Shown here: positions 37,315 through 51,034 of the stretch, piece after piece
Numbering within the stretch: position 1 is the stretch's first letter
Layout: every line of letters starts with the position of its first letter
Assembly (NCBI GenBank): GCA_025201805.1
Contig: MU619346.1
Coordinates: 47,365-102,745 of the forward strand
Direction of reading: 5' to 3'
Origin: Parasitella parasitica NRRL 2501
Taxonomy: Eukaryota > Fungi > Mucoromycota
Length of the DNA stretch: 55,381 bases
Program-made: the position numbers and the translations under genes
The notes under the pieces: model-generated
What the model was told of the DNA's origin: nothing
What the model saw: the letters and a program-made list of their open reading frames with translations, nothing else
Databases searched by the model: none

Positions 37315-39168
37315 TTACAAATCTTCATGTTTGTATAGATAAATACGACTCTTTTCGCTATTCACCGCGATTACATTTGTAAACGGGTGCCTTGCCAATC
37401 CAATCACTTCCTCCTCGCATACCTTGAGCTGCCCGACTAATTCGCTGGTTGATATGTTAAAACAATGCATGAAGGAATCTTCACTTAGAATGTATAAAAG
37501 CACGCCTTGATGCGAAGCTATGCCGGTGATGAACTTTGAGTCTGACTTGTTCACAATCTTTTGCAGCACCTTTCCCTTGCCGTTCAGGACGATGGCCGTA
37601 TTGTTTCCAAGAACTGCTACCATGCGATATGCAGCGTCATTAGCAACAAGAGATATTGTCTGCACTGGAACACCTATCTGCGGTTGAACACTGTGTAAGC
37701 ATGCTCCTGTAGTAATATCCCAAAAAAAAAAAAAAAATAAAAAATGATGAATACAACAAAAAGAGCCATGATTTTCCTAGTAGTACTTTGATAGTTTCGT
37801 CACTACTCGCTGTAATTATTTGTGTATTGTCTACGCTATACATGACCGAATTCACAAATGATGTATGTCCCTCAAAAGATATGACAAGCTTGCCTGATTT
37901 GACATTGTGTATCTTGACAGAATGATCGTAGCTACAGCTCAAAATTTGACTTGCATCCTTGTTGAAGCAAAGCGACGTAACACCCTGGCCGTGCGCTGGA
38001 GAGAAGCGCCTGGTGCAGTAACCTGTTTGAACTTTCCAAATCTAATGCATATATTCATTAATCTTGAAAGAATTCTCAATAAGGGTGTCGCTGATGCCTC
38101 ACCGCAATCTTTCCGTCTGTCGACCCTGACGCAAGCAATTCACTATCTGCGCTGAAATTCAACGATATCACAGCCTGATCCATAGCCATCAGGTTTTCCT
38201 CGGCTTGGTATTTCAAATCTTTTCGTAATTTGCCACTCATGTAATTCCAGACTTCAATAAACCCGTCTACTGATCCAGAAACTAGATATAAGCCGTTTGG
38301 TGAAAACGCTGTACATTCTGCATAAGTCTTTTTTCCTGGCAACTAGTTTTTGTCTGGATAAGCATATTGTGCACGTATTACGTACAAATAAAAATATCGC
38401 TGTACCTTGATGTTTGTATAGTTGTTTTTGGCAAATGCATCATCTTCAATATCTTGTGCTTCATGAGATCCACGAAATAGGTCAAATTCTGAGTCCAGTG
38501 GCAAAAGGCCCTGATGCTGCTGCCATTTGACACAATCTTCTAATAATGTTATTAATCGTGCAGGTTCTACAACAGCTACTTCAGCCGCTAAAGCTGTATA
38601 TATATGTGCCCCATGCAGAGTATGTGAGTATTGATTAGATGCTTCTCAAAATAAGCTCACCCTGCCTTACATTGAGCAATTGCAGTTCTTCTCTTCTCTT
38701 TTGTCATCCCTGAAGGGTAATTGTCTTTTGCGTCAAACATGGACCGAGATAGTGTATGCTCCAGCCTCAAATACCGCTCTGGATGACTCTGCTTTAAAAT
38801 GAACATTGGCTCTGTTTGTCGTAGAAGCGTTCGTGCTGCACTTAACTCACGCAATTCTGCAAGCTCTAAAATCACTTGCTCGTAAAGATCCATTAGTTTT
38901 CGAGGGGGGATCCTGAGATCTGCTGTGCGTCTAAGGACAATGTCCCATTTTCCCTCCCTTATCTCTTTGATGAACGTTTCCTTGCTCTCGAGCGTGTTTA
39001 TTTTGACGGTTGTTTCTTGTTCGAGCGCCTGTGCTGCTTCAGGATAATCGTTCTCCTTTAAAAATTGCAATATGAGGCGGATAACACTAACAAAATTAGA
39101 GTTAGTAATCTCTTTGTAAGCGTATTTGCTAGATAAAATTACTCTTCAGATTCGATTTCGATTGACAT
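37315..39168 (-). CDS. SMU1: WD40 spliceosomal protein SMU1
   Basis: [20 protein letters not shown] (LisH), CTLH region [54 protein letters not shown]. Confidence 0.95.
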
Positions 39169-40792
39169 TTCCTGGAGACTAAAGAAAAGAGGAAAAGTAT
39201 ACCTACTACAGCAGGCATCGAATTTTGCTCTCTGTGACCTGTGAACGGAATGCTGCTCCCCGTTCAAGTCTGTGGCGATCGGGCCATTATTGGTGTCATC
39301 GTAGCATAACCTGTCTATAATAGTATAACTTGTATATATAAGAACAAGACATTGTGTATTATGCTTCCTATTCACTTACCTCTCAAAATAAGATAATAAC
39401 TACCGTCTCACCATGAGTGACCCAAACTATAGAGCTAAAGTCGTTAATATCGGATTAAGTATCGATAGACTAGAGAAAACTTATCTTTCTGATAACTCAC
39501 AAATAACGAGACACCATTCATGATCTACTCTCGTTTGAGAGTTGAATATATTTTGACGTATATTAATTAAAGTTAAATGATCTTCTATTATAATTTAATT
39601 GCTTGCTTCCGCATCTTTTATTTAACAATACTGTATTATTATTTCACATAATAATTAGTCGCCCAGCATATTGACCTCTTGGGTTTTTACTGACAACTAG
39701 CCCTTCGCTACGCAACGGTAAAACGCTTCCAGTCTCCAAATAAATGAAATTTATTGTTTTCAAGTATATATGTTGTATCTATATAATTCCATGGCTACCG
39801 CTTAGTTGCCATGACAATTGATCCTGATCGAATCCCATATAAGCAATCATGTAATTTTTTTGCATAGAAGCGGTATCCATAGAATATTCATGGCTACCAT
39901 ATTATTCCAATTCAGTTGTCAAGGCAACCGTCCTTGATCGGACCCAAGGCTAGATTTCACCACATATTCTATCATATAGTAGATAAAAGTGATCAATTGA
40001 ACGTTTGTAAAAGATAAGATCTAATCTTCATGCTCTGCCATACAAATAAGTTTCTTTTCCAAGACTTTTAAAGAGCTCTTGATATATGTTGTAGAATTGA
40101 AAAAGTGTTGAACGTTCTACTACTTATTAAACCGCAGCATTAGTAATGGGTTCATAACATTACATATTTTATCCAACTGTCAATATATCCAACAAGATAT
40201 AATGCTGAACAATGATATTGGATTAATAATAATGAATGATTGCTTATTGATATCATCAAGATCAATTACACATACTTTCTAAGTCTATCTTTTTTGTATC
40301 TTCAGTGGAAAAGCTTATTTGAAAATGTTGATACTGAGATAGGATTACCAAAGTACCAAGGCTGCAAGGCTCAACTTCTTTTTCCAAGTTTATTGCTTTA
40401 TTTCTTTGCTCATCCATAATACTGCCTTATCTTTTTTTAAAAACAAAAAGTCAAAAAATCGACCTTTGAAGCGAACTTGAAATGCTGTTGGAAAACGAGC
40501 ATTGGAGTAGAGGCCATTGTATTGCTATAACGCCACGCAACAAGGTAGTTGCCCATTTTGATAAAAAAAAAAGAAAAAAACCACGCATACGCGCAAGACC
40601 AAAGTTCCAGCAAGATGAAATACTGAAAACACGTTTTACCACTGCCTCGATTGTATAGTTTGCATTATTACAAAACAACATGATAGGTATCAAGGGAAAG
40701 CACATAAACAGACATCTACTTTGTGCAAAGCTCCTTGCGTAGCTCAACATGCGAGTAGGCTGCATGTAACTCATTCACAAACATTGAGCCAG

Positions 40793-40800
40793 TGACGTGT
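40793..40800 (+). promoter_or_regulatory. UPRE-like bZIP site TGACGTGT upstream of LHS1/HYOU1
   Basis: TGACGTG core (XBP1/Hac1-type) about 145 nt before the ATG of an ER chaperone gene. Confidence 0.4.
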
Positions 40801-40942
40801 AGACATTTGGACCATCAGGCTAAATTGGCCCAATTGTAGCAGGACAAGTTCAACGAAATAAACTATAAAGGTTCGTTTTCTGTAGCTTCCTTTTTTCTAC
40901 TTCTTCCTCTCTCTATATCTTTTTATAACAAAACACGTTAAA

Positions 40943-43900
40943 ATGGGATCACGTTGGCTGTGTGTGCTAGCTTGCACAGTTGCGTTACTATGCACAATTA
41001 TACCATTTGCCCACGCTGCTGTCATGTCTATCGATTATGGTACCGAGTGGTTTAAAGTTGGACTTATCAAGCCTGGAATGCCTCTGGATGTTGCTCTGAA
41101 CAAAGACTCTAAGCGAAAGACACAGTCTGTTGTTACAATTCGTCATGACGAGCGTATCTATGGCGGCGATGCCATCAGTTTGGTAACGAAATCGATATTG
41201 CCCTGCTTTTACATTCAAACTTACGCTACCTATAGGCAGGAAGATTTCCTCACTTGACGTACTCCAACTTGAAAAGTATCATTGGAAAAAAGTACGATGA
41301 TCCTCTTGCAGAAGAGTTCCGTCGTCGCTATATGAATGATATGATTGTCGACACTGAAAGAAACATGCCTGTGTTCCTCCACAACGAAACGTCGCAGTTG
41401 TCGATTGAGGAATTAATCGCTTATCAATTTCAAAATGCAAAATACCAAGCTTCTGCCACTGCGGGAGAGAAAGTGAAGGATTGCGTGATCACCGTAAGTA
41501 GGAATCGTTTGTTATGTACTGCTTATGTATTTATCTCTGCTAAAGGTTACACCATTTGCCAATCAATTTGAACGTCAAGCTATTCTTGATGCTGCAGAAC
41601 TTGCTGGATTAAATGTTTTGACACTAATGCACGACGAAACTGCTGGTAAGAGCGAAACACTTGTTTGTAAGGGGGACAAAGGCGTACTGACTATGTTGAT
41701 GGGGGGGGGTTTTTTTCTAGTCGCTCTCAACTATGCTGTAAACCGCGAAATTGGTAAGATGGCTGAAAACCACGTCTTTTACGATATGGGCGCGGGATCG
41801 ACTGTTGCTTCCATCGTTACTTTTTCGAATGTTGAAACAAAGGAGGGAAAAACTACTCGATCAGCACCTCAGTTGGAGGTTAAAGGCGTTGGCTTTGACC
41901 GCACCTTGGGCGGCCATGAGTTGGATGTGCGTCTTCAACAACTTTTGGCTGATGGATTCATGAAGGCTAACGGTAATCGTGTGAATACCGACATCAAATC
42001 GTCTTCTGGTGCCATGACTAGATTGATGAAGGAAGCCAACAGAGTAAAACAAATTTTGAGTGCAAATACAGAGACTATGGCTTCAGTAAGTTCTACTAGT
42101 ACATGCAATCAAACTTTCACTTACTCAACAATCCAAACTAGATTGAAAGTCTTCACGAAGGCATCGATTTCAAATTAAAGGTGACAAGAACAGAGTTGGA
42201 AAGCATTTGCAAGGATTTGATTGCTCGTGTCAGCAACCCTCTTCAAACAGCATTGGATGCTGCCAACATGACAGTCGATGACATTCAGTCTTTAGTGTTG
42301 GTGGGTGGCGGTGTCCGTGTACCTTCTGTACAAAAGCAACTGGTTGATTTTGTTGGAGCGTAAGTGTATAAAAAGCTACAAAACGTCAAATCTTCCACTC
42401 ATCCACTTTTACCAACTTTTCCAGTCAAAAGATTGCAAAGAATGTAAACGCTGATGAAGCCGCTGTTTTGGGCGCTGCTTTTCGTGGTGCTTCTCTTAGC
42501 AATCAATTTAGATTGAACAAGCAAATTAGTATCAAAGATGTCACTCTCTTCCCTATTGAAGTTACTTATAAGCCTGAAAACAAAGGAAAAGAAGGTAAGA
42601 TCAAGAATATATCTCCTTTTTAATTCAAAAGAAGAAAATTGTTTATAATTCGATTTATAGCCAAGACTGCTGTGGATACTACCATTTTCCACAAATTTGA
42701 CAACATAGGCACACGCAAGATCATGACCTTTAACAGAGTCAACGATTTCGAGTTTGATTTGTCCTATGGCCACAATTCTGCTGCAGGCGTTAATGGTATT
42801 GCTAAAGTCAAGGTTACTGGTCTTACTGAGGCCATGAAGAAACATAAAGATGACATTAAATCATCGGAAATTCCTCCCAAAGTCAGAGTCTCTATTGAAT
42901 TGTCAAACTCTGGTCTTATATCCGTACCTCAGGCTACCCTTGAAATCGCAAAGTTAACATTCAAAGGTAAATTAGCAGTGGATTTCAGCAAGGATTTTGC
43001 ATTAACTTGAGCCGCAACTGTAGAAAAAGTCAAATCTTTCTTTGGTGGTAAGGACACCAAGGATACAGAAACAGAGGTAAGAATGTGTTTTCGACAGCCG
43101 GCTTCGTTTATAGCTAATTTAAGTATATACAGAAGAAGAATGACAAAGAGCCTCAGCAAAAGAATGAAACAGCTAATGCTGATGGCACTACCAGCACTAA
43201 AAATGACACTGCTGCGGAAGAGGCCAAAGAAAGCGTTTCCATCACCAAGATTCCTTTGGTCATTGAGTTTATTCCTACTGGTCTTGCTCCACTTTCGGAA
43301 AAAGATAAAGCTATTGCTAAAATGAGGTAATTTATATGAAAGACAAGAGCTGGATATATCGGTATCTAACCTGTTGTGGGTCAGAATTGCTGAATTAGAC
43401 GCCTTGGATGCACGCAAAAAGCATCGTGAGGAATCCCGCAACGCGCTTGAAACCTTTGTCTACAAGGTTCAAGACTTTTTATACAATGATGCTGTCGAGC
43501 TTGTTACTACGGAAACCGATATTGAAAAGTTTAGAGAGAGACTTTCGGAAGTCTCTGACTGGATTTACGATGAAGGCGAACATGCTGATACTCCTGTATT
43601 TATCAGCAAGCTCAAAGAATTGCAGTAAGTTTTTTTTTTTTTGCTGAATTGCTATGGCACTGAAACTAAGCTTTTTATTTGTTCTACAAGACTTATCGAA
43701 CAACCTATCCAACACCGTGTAAACGAGTACAATGAGCGCGATAACAACATCAAGCTTGTTGACTCCACTATAAAGCTTGCTCGCGAATTTGTTACCAATA
43801 TTAATGAAGCCGCTGAAGACCTTCGATACCACACAGAGGAAGAGCTTGATGGCTTATTAGCTGCTGCTGAGAAGCTTGAACATTGGATGGCTGAGAAAGT

Positions 43901-44192
43901 TGCTGCTCAGAGCAAGCTTGCAGACACGGAGGACCCTGTCCTCATCACATCACACGTTTTAGATAGAGCACACACTGTTAAGGAACATTTGATGAAGTTG
44001 ATGTCCAAGAAGAAACCCAAGGCTCCCAAAAAGGCTCCCGAAGTACCTAAAAACGATACCGAAAAAGAAGAAGATGTCTTGGACGACGACTCTTCTGAAA
44101 CGAAGCAGCAAGAAACCTCAGAAAGCGAAACTCCTGCTGCAACTTCTGAAGAGCGCGAGCATGAGCATGAGCATGAGCATGACGAACTTTAA
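40943..44192 (+). CDS. LHS1: ER lumenal Hsp70-family nucleotide exchange factor Lhs1/HYOU1 (Grp170)
   Basis: Signal peptide, AVMSIDYGTEWFKVG, LNKDSKRKT, FYDMGAGST, DRTLGG, NADEAAVLGA, C-terminal HDEL after (HE)n. Confidence 0.95.
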
Positions 44193-45217
44193 GTGATATC
44201 TTACCTAAATCTATATATGTACAGCGTTTCCAAAAAAAAAAAAAAAAAAAAATCCTTTTAATAAATTAAAAATTATGCCATGTTAAAGACTGTCGGTTAA
44301 TCATGGGAGTATTCAAACAAGTAGGAAGTTTAAGTTAAATGCTCTACGGTTATACAGTCATTCTCCCCCCCCCCCCAGGTTCCACGCTGCTCCTTTAGAA
44401 ACACCAGACAGATATACCAAAACAGCTAATATTGATGATTGCGTCAGACACTCGGTCATAGAGATTGAGGACTGACAGCAAGACAGATCATTCATCCAGA
44501 AATGATCGTATAGTTCAGAACCCTGACAGGAGTAAGATCACCGATTGACTCATTTCCCGCTGGTACTTGTATACCGTTCGGGGCCCAATAACTGCTGTTG
44601 GGTCAACTCCTGTGGTTATGGTTGTGATTATGGGCCTATTGGCTGTTGTGATAATGACAGCAAAAATTTGACATGAGCAAGTATTGATATCCGAATCATG
44701 AAGCAAAAACTTTGTCGTTCTTGATTAATGGTAAGAGAATTACTGTGAGAGAGCTTCTCGATAATAGCGGATTATTACTCGTAAGTTGGTTGCTGATTTT
44801 GAGAGATAATTGAGTAACATTGTTTGGTTTCACCAAACTTTTTTATTGCATGAACTAGGTCTTTTCATTGTATCTCTATTTACCCCGCAACTAACCTTCT
44901 GTCGGAAGATCCATAGCATTTTCGCCTAATTGTTATGCCATTCACATTCGTCAACTGTAAATCAAAACCAAATATGCATGTGTGCCCGGTATGAAATTCC
45001 CAATCAACAAATATATTCTGACAAATCTTTAATAACTTTTACCTCTTCTTAAAAAGAGCCTGCATTTCCTTTGATTTGTTTCACTTTCCTATAGTATACG
45101 TCCACATCTCTTCTTTTCGTGTGACCGGTGAAGAAGCACAAAAGAAACCATACATTAGTCCGGGGTGTTCTGTTTTTTACCGTCGTTTCCCTTCTCTTGC
45201 AAACAACGCAAAACATA

Positions 45218-46923
45218 ATGTGGAGTACCTGTCAAAAGTATCAGCAGCCAGTGAAGCGCTTTGCCTTGTCAATTCAATTTAATGCAACTACAAGAAGACA
45301 AGCTAAATCCAACCTTGCCAGCAAATGTGCATCTCTCCATTCCTCCACCAAGACCAACACCACCAAAGAGAGTAAGGTCCAAATTTCTTGCTTTAACTAC
45401 TCGCTTGAACTAACATGACCATGTTTCAATTGTAGATGCTAATTCTATTTATACGGTCAGACCGACTGGCTTCTGGATGGATAAAATCCTCCACCATGAG
45501 TCCAAGAAGCCTATAACGAACAGCACATGTAAGCCCCGTAAATTAATTGACAGAACAGTAAGCGAGCAATACGGTTAAGATGGCCATTGTTCTCAGGTGT
45601 GGTTAATTCGCTTTCCGTTTAGATGAAGGATAGTTATATGGAAGAATATCTCCCTTTCAAGTCATCTCCCGAGCTTCTAGATGAATACATCTTTTCTGAC
45701 GGTAAAATTCGCACAGGAAAGTTACTGGAAGGTATGTGCTGCTATTTTTGGGAAATCTATACGGCTGTGATAACTGTCAAAACTAGACTTGGATGCCCTT
45801 GCAGGCGCAATAGCGTACAAACATATCGACAATGGTGACCCGGACGCTCCTCCTGTAACTGTAGTTACTGCTAGTGTTGATCGCCTTGATCTGTTCTTGC
45901 CCGAGGCAGGCATCGAAAACTACAAACTGAGTGGCCATGTTACATACGTCGGTAGTAGTTCCATGGAAAGTATGTATTTTTTTTTCCTCGGCGTTATGTA
46001 AAGCAACCGTCTAATTCGAAGCCGTTGTAGTTTTCATCAAAGCCGAAACAGTCCCTGAAGGCCAAGATGGCTCTGGTGCCGGCGACTCCATTGAGAGTCC
46101 TGAAAACCTCGGCATCCTTTGCAAAAACACAGTGCTGGCAACACGATTCACCATGGTCGCCATTGATAGTGGCACCCAGAAACCAGTCAAGATCAACCCG
46201 TTGCGGCTGACTTCTCCTGCTGAAGAGAGATTGTTTGAAATGGCAGAGGTAAACAAAAAGAGAAAGAGACGGGCAGCAGAAACGTCCTTGCTTCGTCAGC
46301 CACCCACACCCGAAGAGCGTCTTGATATTCACGACATTTACCTGCAATACTCTCAATACACAAACGGCGTGGGCGACGATGCATTCGTAAACTCCCGCTC
46401 TTCTGACGAGATGCAACGTTTGCCCGATAATATGGTTTGGATGCGTGACACAAAGATTGAGAGCAACTTCTTGATGCAACCTCAGGACAGAAACATCCAC
46501 AACAACATCTTTGGCGGCTATTTGATGCGCCGCGCTTACGAACTTGCCTATGCAAACACGACTCTCTTCATGAAGTCGTCCTCTACTACCCTGCTGTCCA
46601 TGGACGAAGTGACATTTAGAAAGCCTGTTCATGTGGGCACTCTTTTGAATTTAAGGTCGGGCATTGTCTTGTCTGAAGGCTACCCCCATCGCTCAGTCCA
46701 AGTGCGCGTTATCGCTGAGGTCATCAATATTGAAAAGGGCACTCGTGAAATTACAAACGTCTTTCATTTTACGCTGGCTTCCAGTGATGATAAGATCAGG
46801 CTTCGTCGAATTTTGCCAAAGACTTATGCTGAAACAATGCTTTGGATTGATGCCAAACGTAGACGCTTCCAGGGCATCCACGCAAGACATGCCATGCTAG
46901 AAGCTGGCATACAACAAAACTGA
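45218..46923 (+). CDS. Double-hotdog acyl-CoA thioesterase, ACOT9-like, probably mitochondrial
   Basis: Basic, acid-free N-terminus; GKLLEDLDALAG, VTASVDRL, YVGSSSME, PQDRNIHNNIFGGYLMRRAYELA. Four introns. Confidence 0.9.
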
Positions 46924-47004
46924 CATTGGCTTCATTCATTCCATTTACTGTAGACTTCACTCGACGTATTTTATTTATACACATGTACACAAAATAAAGA
47001 ATGC

Positions 47005-48100
47005 TTAATCAAAAAGTGGCAATCCAAAGCCAAAAATCATAGGATCATTGAACCTTTGATTCGTCTGAAGATTGCTCAGGACCTTGCGATCGTCTTGATC
47101 CAGCCGAATATTCAAAACATCTAGATTGGCCTTCATTCGATCCTCGTGCACACTCTTGGGAATAACGGCAATGTTCCTGTCAAGAGCATAACGTAGTAAC
47201 ACTTGTCCAGTGCTTACATTGTGCTTTTTGGCAATGGACTCGACATCGGCATTAGCAAGCAGAGACGGATATGTCTTTCCTGACTCACACAAGTCAACAT
47301 ATGACGTGGGGCCAAACGAAGAGTAAGCGGTAACCTGAATGCCTTGCTTTTGGACCCATTTAACTAGATGCTCTTGAGGCAGTAAAGGATGGATTTCAAT
47401 TTGCAAAACTGCTGGCTTGATCTTGGCATAAGAAAGCAAATCAAGAATAGCTTGACAGTTAAAGTTGGCGACACCAATGTTGCGAGTCAATCCAGCTTCA
47501 ACTAACTTTTCCATCTCGGTCCAACATTCGTGAATAGGAGAGCGCTCAATGGTGAGTTTATTAGCGTGAGGAACGTACCACTCAGGAGGATAACTGACAG
47601 TAGGATCGATATATTGCAAGGGAATGGGAACTATACGTAGGCAAACTCAGTCACCGCTATTGTATCGCTTGTGAGTGAAACTTACAATGGATAAGATACA
47701 AGTCAAAGTATTCGAGCCCCCAGTCATTTAGTTGTCTGGTAAAGGCAGCGCGTACGTGTTTTTTGCTATGAAAGGTATTCCATAATTTGGTGACAACTGC
47801 ATGTAGTGTGTTTTGTTAGATGTTTGCATACAATAGCCCCCGTCTTTGCTTGGTTTACTTACTGAAAAGCTCTTCTCTCTTTACTAGTCCTTCCTTGATG
47901 GCCTTACTTATGCCACGTCCAACTTGGACTTCGTTACCATAATCACACGCACCATCAAAGAGTCTGTAGCCAATCTTGATTGCTTGATAAATAGTATTTT
48001 CGGCATCTTTTTGGTCAATCTTCCAACAGCCAAAACCACGAAGAGGCATCTTGTCTCCTGTTTGTTCCAAAATAATATAATCTACAGTCATTTCAGCCAT
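47005..48100 (-). CDS. XYL1: Aldo-keto reductase, NAD(P)H xylose reductase type
   Basis: [49 protein letters not shown] cofactor motif, RFNDP. Two introns. Alternative start at 48091. Confidence 0.9.
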
Positions 48101-49678
48101 GTCCAAATGCATAAATAAATGAGTTGAATAATGATCTAGATTACAGCAACCATTTTATATATACTCATTTTTGTGTCCGCGTTGGTTTCAAACCGAACCG
48201 AGGAGAATCATTGAAATGTCAGCTCAGGAAATTCCTGGGAAGATCAGCACATAGACAATACTGAGGTTTCAATGTTATCACAAGTTTGTCAATTAGGATC
48301 AAATCTGACAAAATCTAGCTGCTGGCCAAACGTATAGGTATGTATTGTAAAGTCATTGTTGGATCGGATGGCGTTCTGGCTGATCATTTCCCTCACTACT
48401 TTACATGAATCCATTGATGTTGTCAGTGAATAGTCATTTTCAACCTTCACCAAGAAACCCTATTTAGTCTTGCATTGAACAACGAAAATCACCCTTTTTG
48501 GCCTGGCTGAATTAAACCATCGGCTTTATGAGCTGTCAACTTGCTTGATTTATTCTCACATTGTATTCAGATCCTGCTGTTAAATCTTTTTATAACACTT
48601 GCGTTAAAGAACAGCATACGAGATGCTCACAGTATACGAGCATTTCTTCCTTCCACTAAGGGATGAAAAGCAACAATTATGCATCAATTCATCAAAACGC
48701 ATAGTGCCAAAAGTAGACTCAATCATTGCAATATGCAATACAATTATGTTAGGTATACGCAATGAATATAATTCACACAGATTGAATAAATTATACTACA
48801 AAACAGCCATCGCCGTTAGTCTGGTCTCGGTAGCAAGCAGCACGTTCGAATTGTTGGCAACAGTCTTCAATTGCTTGATTAGAGTACCTCGCTTCACCTA
48901 AAAGTCTATTCTATAAAATAGCAGACAAGAGAAAATACTTTAAAACACATAGACATGGCTGATATTATAGATGAGGGTTTCGACAATAATTCTTGAAGAG
49001 AGAAGCGCACACCATTTAGTAAGCGAAATGTGGGACAGAATAATGAGAGCTCAAAAAATAAGAATCATACACACATACACTACCTTACATGGTAATTTTA
49101 AATATACATCTCCAACTTCATCCACTACATTCGACTAATATTTATCAGAAACCCCCCCTCCCCGGGCTCAAAGTCAAAATTCGACGTATATGAAAATTCA
49201 TTGTGAATTGAACGTCTCTGCATCAACCATCTTTTTTTTTTTAGCATTGCAATGGATTACGAATTCTAGGGAATCATTAGGTGCGCTTTTGAGCTTATTA
49301 ATTGCATATTCAATTCACTATTCAAATCATGAAAGTGTGCTTGTTCCTTATATCAAGGAGCTTGTAACGTGAGACTCACGCAACTTGATAATGTCTAGTT
49401 TATGGATATTTTTTTTTTTTCTTTTGCAAAAGATAGCCAAGTTTCTACATAGAGGTGATCATGACTGACCCCTCTTGTTGATTTGGGAAACCTGGGATCT
49501 ATTGAGTGCATCTTATGAAACGACACGCTAATCCTTTCTTTTTTCCTTTTAAACATGATGTGCCGATTGCACTTTTTTTTGTGTTGCAATTGTCTGCGAG
49601 AGCATATACATAATATGTGGTGTTATGATAACTAATGCAGCTCAATAGATGCCATGCAGAAAGGTATAATCCCATTTG

Positions 49679-49713
49679 TGACTCAACCTGATATTCTTAC
49701 ACTATATGACTCA
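49679..49713 (+). promoter_or_regulatory. Tandem Gcn4/CpcA sites (TGACTCA x2) upstream of OTC
   Basis: Perfect TGACTCA at 49679-49685 and 49707-49713, about 170-200 nt upstream of an arginine-biosynthesis gene. Confidence 0.7.
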
Positions 49714-49881
49714 CAGTTATTCTGAGGTAAACCAAAAAAGTAGCCTTAAGAGGCAATTTGTGGTAGCAGGCGGTCGGATTGCTTAGATATACTCCGCGTT
49801 AAAAAAGGATATATAACTGTTAGATGTTTGTTGGAGACATTAGATTATTCCATCTTTCTTCTTGTTATTTTTACGCTGAAC

Positions 49882-51034
49882 ATGTCTGCAATTACCATCA
49901 ATTCCACAAAACCCAATCATTTCATTACTACAGCTGATTATACTGCTGAACAGCTCCTTGATTTAGTCAACCGTGCTATCCAATTCAAGGTCGAGTCAAA
50001 GTACAACTATCCCAATGCCCGTACTGACCGTCCTCTGACTGGAAAGACCATGGGTCTTTTGTTCTCAAAGCGATCTACTCGTACTCGTGTCGCTACTGAA
50101 ACTGCTGTTGGCTATTTAGGTAAGATAAAACTACTCAAACATTACCTTAACCATTTTTCTGACTTGGAATGTAGGCGGAAATGCCATGTTCTTGGGTGGT
50201 CAAGATATCCAACTTGGTGTAAATGAGACTCTGTACGATACTACTCATGTCGTCAGCTCTATGGTTGATGGCATCATGGCTCGTGTTGGTGGTCATGATG
50301 AAATTGAGGTAAGTTTTGCTGAGGAATACGGCTATTTGGAAAGAGATGAGCTAAATCTTGACGACTTTTAGACTCTTGCCAAGGAATCCGCTGTGCCTGT
50401 GATTAATGCCTTGTCTGACAAATATCATCCTACTCAAATTCTGGCTGATTTGATGACTATCCATGAATATTACCACCACAAGAAGAATAATGTCGCCAAG
50501 GATGTTTATTCTGCACACACTCAACATCCCCGTGAAACCTTGACTGGCTTAAAGGTCGCATGGGTTGGTGATGCAAATAATATTCTCCAAGAAATCTTGG
50601 TAGCTTTCCCCAAGTGTGGTATTAGCGTATCTGCTGCCTGTCCTGCTGGCTATGTCTGTGATCAAGATGTGATTGATATTGCTCAAGCCGATGCAAAGAA
50701 GACTGGCACTTCTGTTGTATTCACTACTAGCCCTGAGGAAGCTATCAAGGATTGCGATATCATTGTTACTGATACTTGGGTTAGTATGGGTCAAGAAGAG
50801 GAAAAGAAGAAGCGCCTACAAGAATTCAAAGGTTATCAGGTTACAAACGAGTTGGCTAGACGAGGTGAAGCCAAGTCTGACTGGATCTTCATGCATTGTC
50901 TTCCCCGTAAACCCGAGGAAGTCGATGATGAGGTATTTTACTCTGAGCGCTCTATAGTCTTCCCTGAAGCTGAGAATAGAAAATGGACGATCCTTGCTGT
51001 TGTTGACGCTTTGATGGTTCGCGGTGGCATCTAA
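49882..51034 (+). CDS. ARG3: Ornithine carbamoyltransferase
   Basis: SKRSTRTR carbamoyl-phosphate motif, [35 protein letters not shown]. Two introns. Confidence 0.97.

Noticed and set aside
49368-49380. Palindrome CGTGAG-A-CTCACG upstream of ARG3
   Set aside because: A 6-bp arm palindrome is expected by chance in 55 kb and matches no motif I can name.
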